From Kondoa subrosea (taxonomy: Eukaryota), in NCBI GenBank assembly GCA_039545335.1, contig BCIN01000001.1, positions 310,001 to 374,000 of the forward strand: a stretch of 64,000 bases of DNA, read 5' to 3'. Position numbers and translations under genes: made by a program. The notes under the pieces were generated by a model. The model did not search any database. It was not told the DNA's origin and was given only the letters and a program-made list of their open reading frames with translations. Below are positions 13,066 through 23,397 of the stretch, in pieces (within the stretch, counting starts at the first letter, position 1; each line of letters begins with the position of its first letter).

Positions 13066-14871
13066 CTACGGATCCACCTCTAATACATTGCCGCGAGCCA
13101 GTCCCTCGCCCGTCCATTGCCAAGCTTGAAACTTGTGATTCAATCCTTTATCTTCGTGCACTTGGTACACGCTTCCCAAACCGCCAGCATGAGGACTCTT
13201 GCGTAGGTAGTATACCACTGCGATTCTTGAATGCAAGAGTGACATCGAACACATCAAACAAGGTTCATGCGTCGTGAAAAGACTCAATCCAGATAGCAGG
13301 TAGGGAGGAGGTGAACCTTGAACCAGTCGTCCTCCCTTTCGATCAATAGCCGCCACAGCATCAATAACATGAGAAACCGAATGACACAACAGATTGCCAG
13401 TCGATTTCCTTCGATCCACAGCTTCCGCTAATGGTGGACCTAAGACAGAAGAAGCGACCATAGACGCTATTGGCAATTCCCCTGCTTGGCTTGCTGCTTC
13501 GTTGGCTAATCTCTCCACTCTCTTGAGCATCGTTCGGACCCAATCAAGGTGTTCTCTCTTCCAACCCTTTGATAGTATTTCTGCTGATCCACCTATCCGA
13601 ATGGGTACAAAGATTGCAGGCCAGATTGCTGCGAACTCGGCAATTTGCTCTCGAGTGACTGCTGGTCGGGTGGGAACTGGAACTTGATAAGGAGGAACAA
13701 CAACATTGTCATGTATTTGAAGGAGCTCGAGAAGAGAGTCTGGGATTGGTGGATCAGTAGGATGGACGAGAACAGATATTCGGTCGGTGGATTGACGTTT
13801 GATTCGCTTCAAGTGTTGCATTGGCGATGGAGGAATTCCTGCATCTCGAAGAATTCTGTGAAATGGATTAGCATAAATGATAGCGACTTAATGTATACGT
13901 ACTCGAATATCACAGGAGCATGCTTGGCCTGTATATCAACTACCCAAGCAGTAGCTGTGAATACGATTCAGCACAGGTCAGACGAATCTATTGTGCGATG
14001 CAGCGGACTCACTCGTCTCCAGCGGTAAATCAGCGAGACATATCTCGTCCGTCACTCGATGACAGGGTAGGTCTCGAAACAGAATCATCTCTTCGGGATC
14101 CGCACACTCTTGAACCTCTCTACACCTTCGATCTTCTTCCTCTATCGAACTTGACAGATCCTCTGAGCCTATCAGACCGTTCACAGCCGATATCGCTTCC
14201 CAGCCATCGAGCGTCTCTTCTTCCTCGCTCTCATCCGGCTCGCCATATCTTGCATGAGGACCGTAGTAGATGCAAAGCTCTTCTCCAGCAACCACATCCT
14301 TGCAAAGTGTATATCGAATTGTCTGAGTTGGCTTATCCAATTGAAAAGAAACGTTTGGAAATTTAGCATGATTGAACATGGAACCTTTTTCAGAAACAGA
14401 ATAGTAAGAGTCAGTCACCGTCCTCTTGTCTTGTTTTTGTATTATCGAGGATCTTGTATCGCATCGATTACACTTGCCTGTTCCTAATGCCAATGCCATT
14501 GTCTTTGGCCTGTTCCATACAAAGACGTAGTCCTTCAAGATTGACTCGCTCACTCCTCCTCCTGCGCTTGTAGACTTGCTGTACTCTTCTGGTGGAATGA
14601 CTAGAACTGGAGAGACGTCCAACAGTGTACCTCTTGGCAAGTCTTGAGTAGCAAAGACCCCACGACCTTTGCCATCTGGTGTGTTCAAGATCCGAAAATT
14701 TGGATTCAAGATGCGAGGTGTTTCGTCTGGGTAATTGGAGGGAGTAGAGGGTGAAGAGGTTCCAAGTACTCGAAGGACATCTTTGGGCTTGCTGCAGCTC
14801 GCAATCGGCTTGTCTTCTAATGTACAAGCAGACATTCTGTTCGATGCATTTGACTCGAAACAAGCAGCCAT
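13066..14871 (-). CDS. TAD3: SET-domain methyltransferase fused to tRNA adenosine-34 deaminase subunit Tad3
   Basis: SET motifs GKGRGVFAT, GSMFNH, GEELCIYYG. TAD3 motifs HLKRI, CHSV (pseudo-catalytic), HEPCLMCSMSLLHSR, LNHKFQAWQW. Introns 14385-14477, 13955-14012 and 13856-13902 join them in frame. Confidence 0.88.
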
Positions 14872-15385
14872 ATTCGGTCTAAAGGGGATATAACAGAGAA
14901 GAGGTGATTTGTCAGTTGGTATATGCTATCTCAGCCGCATACAACGTGCGGAGTCAATCGTTGCAAGTCAACCAAATAAATTTTTACATAAGAGCGATTC
15001 CGCTCCCTATAAGCCTATTCGCTCTGATCCTGCATCTCGTGTGCATACAAGAGCCATCGCGACACTTCTGCTGGAATGCTGATTTGATCAAGAGTCTCTT
15101 ATGACCTATGACCACTGTTGAATGATGCCAAGTCTAATCTATCAGGAGCTCTGTACAATTTCATCAGTACATGGATAGACTCCGGGAATGCCAATCGACT
15201 TACTATGATGAGTCAGTCTTTGAGGTAGCTCGACATTCAGATTCCCGCAGAATTGCAAAATTAGACTTGACAGCTTCACTTCTGCAATGTCTTCTGATCG
15301 CTTCCCTGACTTGCATTGGTATCTAATTCATTTAGAGGTCAGCTTAGTTCATGGTATCGATTGAAACCCCTCACCAAGCCAAATC

Positions 15386-16197
15386 CTAGGCATACAATCT
15401 TTGTTCTTTCACATACTGCTTCACTTGCGGGCATAACAAAGCATCCAACACTTCCTCATCTCTTTCTTGACAAGCTTTCCTAATCTTAGTAGAACTGATA
15501 TCCTGCAATTCTTTTTCGATCCGATGAATTTGGTTACTATATCTCTTGACTTCTTCTTGTTCAAAGAATTTTGTTTCGTCATCTTCTTGCTGTACAGTAG
15601 AGGAAGGTCTTCTAGCCCATATTAAAGACGATTGTTCCTTTTGGAAGAATTGACTGAGTTTGTCGTGCATTTCGTTAGGAGGATAGAATTTCGGATCGAA
15701 GAATCGAGTGACTGTATCCCAACCAAGAATAAATGAGAGGGTAGATCCTTTTGGTAGTTGCCAGAGAAGAATAGTGGATTTGCCTGCAAAGGTTGGTTCG
15801 GATAAGCAGCCAATGGAGATGCGCATTTTCGAAGATGAATTGTCTAGCAGATCCAGAGCGAAGCAGTGCATCATTTCCTGTACAGCACATCAAGACTATG
15901 TTGATGTTAGCCGAAAGATTGACGGACCAATTTGTTCACAAATGAAGGTTTCTCAGTCGCTGCTTTCTCGACATTCTTGGTAGAGAGGATCAAGAGAACA
16001 TCGTTTGAGTCAGAGGTACAAGATGAATGGATAAGGCCGGCATGAGCTTTATGCGGAGGATTGAAGGACGAATCCAGCACGATTCTATGACCAGATTGCG
16101 CGAAGGGAGACTCGAAAGAGGACCAAACGAGAGAGAAAGGTCTCGATTCTGTAGGCATCAGTGCCTTTAGAGCTGCTGAACTTGGAAATGCTTTCAT
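15386..16197 (-). CDS. Cytidylyltransferase-family nucleotidyltransferase (POF1-like NMN adenylyltransferase)
   Basis: LDSSFNPPHKAH (HxxH), FILGWDTVTRFFDPKFY, ISSTKIR. Confidence 0.85.
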
Positions 16198-17566
16198 CTC
16201 GTAATCTCCGTGTTCAGTTGGATTGGCTGCAATTGGCCGATTGAGCTACAGCGACTTCGAGAATTGCAGGATAACGAGGTATGATCCAAGAGCCTGCCCT
16301 GAGCTGTGTTCCGAACTTCAGATGGACGCTTGAGGCAAGATAATTCGGCCTCTTTTCTCGCGACGAGCATGACTTCGCCAAAGTTTCTTCTGCTCCTCAA
16401 ATGGACACCTAGAAGGTGACTACGCATCAAGATGAACACAGCATAGGTAAGCGAGCATTTCAGTGTCTGATTCTGCTTTTTTCTTCCGTTCGAGATGTGA
16501 CAAGGGATTCAGAACAGAGCTGCAAGCTCTTGTTGACAACTCCTATAAACTTACAACCAATTGATCCTACTGAAACTTCATCTTCTTCGTCTTATAGATC
16601 AGAGAAAAGTCACTGACTTTCATAAAACCAACAGATTTCGCCGAGATGACAGGCGAGGGACCCTCAATAACCGATGTGCAATATGGAATTCAGTCAGCTT
16701 ACTCGTCGCCTTTGTGTCTCTTCTTCCAGCCGTTTTGTTTGCTATTTTTCCCTTATTGTCATTTCTGTTCGTTTGTCTGTCTATTTGCCTGTCTGCCTGT
16801 TTGTTTGTCTAGATCGATCGTCCCTCTGCCATTTGGTTTGCGCATTTTGAGCTCCCACAGATTGTCAAGCTATGAGCACGCCATGTCCAAGTTGTTGTTT
16901 CTGCATGTGTGATCTGGCTTTCGATGCGTATCATATCAGTCATTAGCCATATTGGGCGCACGTAATACTCTCTGATTGACCTCGCGTGTATTGTACTGCT
17001 CTCAGCGCATCGCTTATTCACGAAAGCGATACAAGTTGACATCTTATCCGCTTCAGCATTCATTGTCGCTCGATTTCTGTCCAAGTTATACTGTGTCGTC
17101 TGGAGTACATATTGTGGCTGTAGTAGACGAATGCTTTAGCGCGAAGGTTGTCCAGGACATTGGGAGTTCACTTTGTTTGAAAGATAGAAGGTTTTCGAGA
17201 CGTAATGACGCTTTCTGCTTACTATGTAGCATATGTGACACGTATATATCTCTGACACAAGGCGCCTGGCTGGTTCAGAAAGCTAAATCAGAGCCGCAAA
17301 ACGATTTAGAAGGTCGAGCGGAACTCCCGAGCGGAAGTGGCAAAACATTCTGATGCACTTTCTGTCGACTATGTAAATGCTACAAAGTACAAAGTAGTAC
17401 CATTCGATGCGTATGCTCAGGCTCTAGCTTCCTATGCGGTGCACAAAGGTTGGCTAAGCCTACAAAGCGAAGAAAAGGCCAAAAACTCAGAACTCGCTCA
17501 AATTACATCGGAATCGTCTGCTAATGGTCCTAGGGCGTCTGCGAACGGCAAAAAGAGAGGTTACGA

Positions 17567-17683
17567 GGCCTCCTAGCGGAATTGAACCACTGATCTTCGG
17601 TTGACGGTAAGAAACTTTTCTCGACGACGAAATCGAGAAAAGAGGCATACAAGACCGACGCCTTACCACTTAGCCAAAGAGGC
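17567..17683 (-). tRNA. tRNA-Thr(TGT) with 45-nt intron (17603-17647)
   Basis: Minus strand reads GCCTCTT TG GCTAAGTGGTAAGGC G TCGGT CT TGT A [intron] A ACCGA AGATC AGTGG TTCAATT CCGCT AGGAGGC C. Cloverleaf stems pair, the intron is at the canonical 37/38 position, and a T-run Pol III terminator follows about 13 nt downstream. Confidence 0.93.
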
Positions 17684-18066
17684 CTTTCAAATCAATGATT
17701 CTGGCAAGCTTCCTAGCTTATTCTGGTTCCAAAAACCAGTAATTTGTCGTGCGTTTTGCGATTTTCCATAGATTTTTCGCGCGTNAGATCGCAAGACATA
17801 GCATATAGATGTCTTCAATCCTATTCTCGCTTGTTCTTGTTCCAGCCTGGTCTATATGTGTGGTGATAGGGTTTAATGCGAATTAAGCTACATCCGCAGA
17901 ATGTGAGAGCGAAGCGAGACGATTGGGAAAAGCGATCGCGTAATTCACTGTCAGGAGAATACTGGCAATAGTCTTGCTTGACAGAGTATGCGAAGGCATA
18001 ACAAGCAGGTGCATAGACATAGCAACAAGCGCTGTTGGCGAAATGGAAGGTGCGATGCTCAACGTA
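17645..18066. repeat. Left arm of ~420-bp inverted repeat (pairs with 21581-22000)
   Basis: Manual alignment to the reverse complement of 21581-22000 shows 3 substitutions, two 1-nt indels and a shared N (17785/21862). Weaker similarity continues inward to ~18165/21488. Confidence 0.97.
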
Positions 18067-18361
18067 CTTGCAGAAGGAGAAGGGAGACTCAAGGTGAGGT
18101 ATGTAAAGCTCTAGCAGTATTATCGGACGAGTAAATAACGGCATCCAGTGGCAGAAGTGGATCAAATTTGCGCATTCTGAAAGCCGATTCCGTTTTTGGT
18201 ACAGACAAGATCACTCAACACAAGAAGACCTCTGGCGCTAGACTCTTTTCACAGGAGAGGCAAGTCCCGACCACGACGGTAGAGGTACATTGCGCTGAGT
18301 GAAAAGAAAACAATAGAGGCATAAATTGTCCGTGAACATATAGCAAGCTTCGATCTAGTGT

Positions 18362-20418
18362 TCAAGCCGAGCGGCGCGGTGTACCAGCAGGAGTTACGGG
18401 ACGAGATCGTAACCCTCCCGGCGTGACAGAACGAGATCCTGTTGATCGAGCACGAGCTGAGCTTCCGTCGTATATGCTCATTTGATCGAATGCCGATGGC
18501 AAGGATGGCGGCGTGCTAAGAGTCTTTTAAGTCAACTCCGTGACATGTAACAAAGGAAACACGTACGCAATACCTGTCAATTCCGTGTTGCAGCGGAGGT
18601 CACCTCTATATCCTCGGTGAACCTGGTTCTCAGCGAAGTGATCGATCTTGGCCCGTAGATCGAGGGACAGTGGAAGTTTCTGACTCAGGCTGGGTCCCCT
18701 CTCATGATTCATGTACGCTGCCAATTCCGCTTGTTTACGCGCTTTCCTTGAGTCGCCGTATTCATCCAACCTGAGCTGCTCGATCTCCTTGAACCAAACC
18801 GGAAGATTAGCTGCAGGTAAAACAGGCGGCAAAGTAGCTCCAGCTGCGCCAGATGGAAGACTAGCTTGGGTGGTGGAAGTCCGGCCATAAGCTAGCAGGA
18901 ACATCTTGTTCTGGGTGTAATTAAAGCTCGCTATCAGCTCCGGCAAGACTCAGCGCGGCCGACGTACTATTGTTTTACTTAGAGTGAAAAGTTCGTCGAT
19001 AGCATCACAAATCTTGCGGACTTGATGCCACAATGAATTCTGAACGATACAACAAGACAGCGGTTGGCAGGGTCCAGAAAGATAGATAGAGACCATACCT
19101 CCGAAGCGAGTTGAGACTGATAGTCGGCGCGCTCTTCGCTCAAGTATTCTTGCTGAACCATGTCCAAATAATGCCTAGCTTGCAAACAATACGAGATAAC
19201 TGCAACATAGTTAGGCTTGTCCGATGAAACGAAGTGAAACCTACTTTCACTGACCTCAGTAGCGAGTTCGCCGCCTGCAAATTTTAGCTGTCGTTGCTCT
19301 TAATGGCATGGAACTCACAAGAGCGTTGGACAGCGTTTGCGATTTGAGCTAGATTGGGACCCTTAAGCTCAGGTACGGCCGCAATCCAGTATAGGCTATA
19401 AGCCACGGCTTCGCTAGCGAGCTGAATTTGCCTGATGATTTTTTTGGCTTGAAATATTTTGTCTGCACGCGCATACGTATGGATCTGGATCTCCGATAAA
19501 AGGTTCTGCATCAGACACTGAGTAGGCGTAACATAAACAAGCTGCCACATACGCGACAATCATCTACTATAGGGTCCTCCATCGCCTTTTTGATGTTCTG
19601 CAATACCGATGAAGCAATCTTGCGTTTCTCCAGATCGCGCCGCTAGATTCAAAGTCAGAATTTATAAGAAGAGGATAGGGAAATGCCAACTTCGACATGT
19701 TGATAATCTGGTAAAGTAGCCCCGGACTGGAAAAGAGTCAAATTCAAGGGGCGACAGTGTAGGCACAAGCGACTTACATGTTTTTCCTCGAAGCTTTTCG
19801 CCAAAACGTCTGGCTTCACACTAGCTTGATCATTTGAACCTTGCTTCTTAGCATTCATGTATTCCATTAGGGCCAGTAGTGGATTATGAGGCTACACAGA
19901 GGCTATCAGTCTTATCGATTGGGCACACAAAGCAGTCGTACAGCTGGCGCATTTGAGTGAATTTTTTGGGCGAATTTCTGCCCGTACTGGTTCAAACGTC
20001 CCTCCATGTTTGTTCCCATTGTGATCGGTATGTGAGTGAGTTCTTCACGGACGCTAGCAATACGATGACCAGCTGCAGAGTCCCAAACACGACGCAAAGC
20101 CGGTGTTGTGAAGGTATTGGGTCCAGCAACATAGGGAGAGGGTGCATTCAAAGACCTGGGCGTTCTGGCGTATCGAGGAATAATGGGAACAGCGAAAGTT
20201 GCATTTCCAGCGGTAGCAGCAGCCATCGGACTCCAGGGAGCAGAGTTTACGCTATGAGCCAGAATCACCGACGGCGAGGGTGATCTGCCTCTAGCTCTCT
20301 TGGTATCAGGTACAGTAAGATGACTGCCTGCTTGCTCTAAGTTGCCAGCATCGGGGTGAGGCGAGGCAGCTGGTCGCTTTGAGCCCTGCATCTGCGAAGG
20401 TTTGGGATTGGTTGCCAT
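18362..20418 (-). CDS. Orphan multi-exon protein (~9 exons, roughly 500 aa) inside the inverted-repeat-bounded segment
   Basis: MATNPKPSQ..NAPA / PHNPLLALMEY..EEKH / SGATLPDYQHVE / RRDLEKRK..DDCR / NLLSEIQ..VQRS / CGELATEVSE / IISYCLQARHY..ASE / NSLWHQVRK..SKTI / NKMFLLAY..TGIA / TPPSLPSAF..PRRSA*. All junctions are GT-AG and in frame. No known motif. Confidence 0.75.
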
Positions 20419-21580
20419 CGCGGTGTTATTTTAGATGACAGAGACGTGAGAGATGATCTATATGGAGGAAGAACAAGATAAGAGTATACGAAGGAAGAAG
20501 AGAGAGAAGAGAGCAGATCGATTCGGGCTAGCGATTTGACAAAGGGGATAGAAGATGCCTTCGAATCCAGCTTGACATCATTGTCAGGTATAAGAGCCTG
20601 TATATCAGGGAGCGAAATGTAGCAGACTAGTTGTCACTTTTCACTTGAAGCATTGACGACAAGCTAACGGGATTCATATGATGTGACAGCGTCGCAGCAT
20701 AAAGACAATAGCTAGACAAAGAGACAATGATCGACGTAGCTGCAGACCAACATAGCTCGAGATTCGGACAGGTGTAATGACCCAGACGAAGAAGCAGAAG
20801 TTGCTCGATTATATCGACAAGGTCGCATGCAAGGCTGTGTTCTTTGCGCTGATATCATTGCACCGGGTATCTAGCGAATTCACACATGTAAAGCTTGCGC
20901 ACGTCGCTGTCCTTCGTCGACGTGATAACTTATTCTGCTTCAACCATCCGCAAAGTTATAGTCTTCAAGGCAGTGCTTGTCAGCTGTAGGCGTCGAGTTT
21001 TGCTGCCAAAGCTTTGCTGACATTGCGGCAATGAAAACCTCTTCAGCTGCTCTATAGAATGCCGTTCATGCTCATACGAATCACGATGCTCGAGAGTTCC
21101 TCTCGCTTCTCGCTTCTCTTCCTGCTGCTGGTCTAGTCTCGGACTCTTGTGATGCCACTCGAGGCATATTGCTTCACCTTGCAGTCGCACCGGCGCGTTC
21201 GCGCTTTCTCAAGTTAAGCTCCTTCATTTTCGACGAGGGTAGTTATGTTAGCCTCATTCAATGGTGTCTGTGTCACGGTCTCTTTATCTACTTTGCCTGA
21301 ATGGGCACACTGTTGTTGCCTACATTTCCGCTTTTTCCGTGTTATGTCGATCTTTATATGTACGCTCATACATACGTGTCTATTGCTCTCAGTCTGAAGC
21401 GAATGTACTCGGCATCGCCAATATAAAGTCAAGTTATCGCTATTTACATGGTTACAATTACGAGCCGTCGTGAACATCGCAAGTCTGACTTGGTCCATCT
21501 CTTCCAGCAGATGCCGGCACTTGCTCGTCTGGTATCACTGCTAGAGCTTTAAATCCTCACCTGCAATTTCCGCTGGCGGA

Positions 21581-22000
21581 TACGTTGAGCATCGCATCTT
21601 CCATTTCGCCAAAAGCGCTTGTTGCTATGTCTATGCACCTGCTTGTTATGCCTTCGCATACTCTGTCAAGCAAGACTATTGCCAGTATTCTCCTGACAGT
21701 GAATTACGCGATCGCTTTTCCCAATCGTCTCGCTTCGCTCTCACATTCTGCGGATGTAGCTTAATTCGCATTAAACCCTATCACCACACATATAGACCAG
21801 GCTGGAACAAGAACAAGCGAGAATAGGATTGAAGACATCTATATGCTATGTCTTGCGATCTNACGCGCGAAAAATCTATGGAAAATCGCAAAACGCACGA
21901 CAAATTACTGGTTTTTGGAACCAGGATAAGCTAGGAAGCTTGCCAGAATCATTGATTTGAAGGCCTCTTTGGCTAAGTGGTAAGGCGTGGTCTTGTATGC
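21581..22000. repeat. Right arm of the inverted repeat
   Basis: Reverse complement of 17645-18066. Confidence 0.97.
21963..22000 (+). pseudogene. Truncated tRNA-Thr 5' half (acceptor 5' strand, D arm, anticodon)
   Basis: GCCTCTTTGGCTAAGTGGTAAGGCGT-GGTCTTGTATGC equals tRNA positions 1-37 plus 3 intron nt, with one C missing in the anticodon stem. No T arm or B box follows. Confidence 0.85.
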
Positions 22001-23397
22001 GTCGTCTTCCTGCATTCTGCGTGATTGTGTCTGATATTCCTTTACTTCTGTGGTTGTCGTATCGCTTAGAATTGATCTGAGTGAATTGTCCAGAGCTCTA
22101 ATTGGAAGGATACTCTAGACAAGCGTTCTCGATTCACCAATGGCGCGCTACCTGTCAGTTGCTTCACACCGATCTGTCCTCAGACCATGCTTTCATGCTT
22201 TTCTAAGTCATCTCTTTCACTGAGTCGCCTGTGCAGTCCTTGAAATGAGCTAACCTTATCAGAGGCCGATAGTACTGGCCATTTAGCAGCTCTCTCCCTT
22301 TCTCACGCAAAAAAAACTTGTGAAAGCAGGCTTGAACGTACAACCCAAAAAATTTCGGAGCACTTGCGTGCGGAAAGATTGGGACAATCGACTTCAGAGG
22401 TCTTGACATGGTTATCCTTAGTAAAAGGCGAAGAATAAGTTCAAGATATCTTGACCTCGTCGATGATGGAAGAGAACTCGTCCCGTTGTGCGTATACACA
22501 CTGTCAATGCAAGTTCTGTAGGATTTACTTTCTATCTCGACTTGGTCCATGGACAATCTGATCAATTTGCAATCATCCATCGTCTCATGCTTGGATTCAG
22601 GTGTGCCTCAATGACGTGACTGCGAATACGAAATTGCAGGTAAATATTCTAACAGCTATATCCTGTATCCAATGCAGTCCTCCCTGAGCCTTAACCCTAG
22701 CTGCAACCCAGCATCAGGACAAACTGAAGTGACATAATCGCTGTGTAGTCAGAGGTAGCGGATGAGTATTGCGTGAGCTTCGGATGTACGGCTAGATCTG
22801 CGAGAAGGAAGAGCAATCCTGTTTCATAAATGCCACATGCAGAAAGACAAGGAAGAACAATACGCGAAAGCAGAAGAGAAGGGAGGGAAGAGAGAGACAA
22901 AATTCGCGCAAGGCGGAGCTCGTACGGTACCATGCAAAAGACCAGAAGCAACATTCACGGCGTATTTTGCATATGCTGCGATCTATACAGTGCAACAGGT
23001 GACTACCTGTGCCGTCCGAATGCTACTGGCTCCACCAGTCAGAATCTAACAATCAATAAGATAAATCAGCTGTCATCGGGCCGGCGACTAACTTCCGCTT
23101 CCTCTAAATCTGAGCATCGATGCTTGGCTGCTACGAATCTGAAATCTTGCGTACCACGACTTTCTGCAAACCACCAAGATCAATGCAATCTTTACGCAGC
23201 ACATGCAAGGACTTACATACCTGCATAAGCAATTTTCGTGTAATGCAACGGATGTTGAGATACTCGCGCTGATCCACTTGCGGTCACGTAAGCATACAGA
23301 ACTACATTGATAAGTGTCAGCACAATGGCTTGAAGCATGTATTTGCAAGCTAACCTGAAATCCATGATAGTCGTTTTCGCTTGCCTTTTACTATTCA

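Noticed and set aside
18362..21500. Mating-type locus (HD1/HD2 or pheromone/receptor)
   Set aside because: No homeodomain signature, 7-TM receptor or CAAX-terminated short ORF was found, so the flip/flop analogy is structural only.
17645..22000. Classical TIR DNA transposon, DIRS or Crypton element
   Set aside because: No target-site duplication and no DDE, RT or tyrosine-recombinase motifs in the interior gene. The repeat ends are host tRNA sequence.
21963..22200. Second functional tRNA or tRNA-headed SINE
   Set aside because: No 3' half or B box downstream, and the anticodon stem has a deletion. The shared sequence lies upstream of the tRNA, not in a SINE-like body.
22203..23390. ORFs right of the inverted repeat
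   Set aside because: Overlapping short ORFs on both strands with no motif and no consistent splice model.
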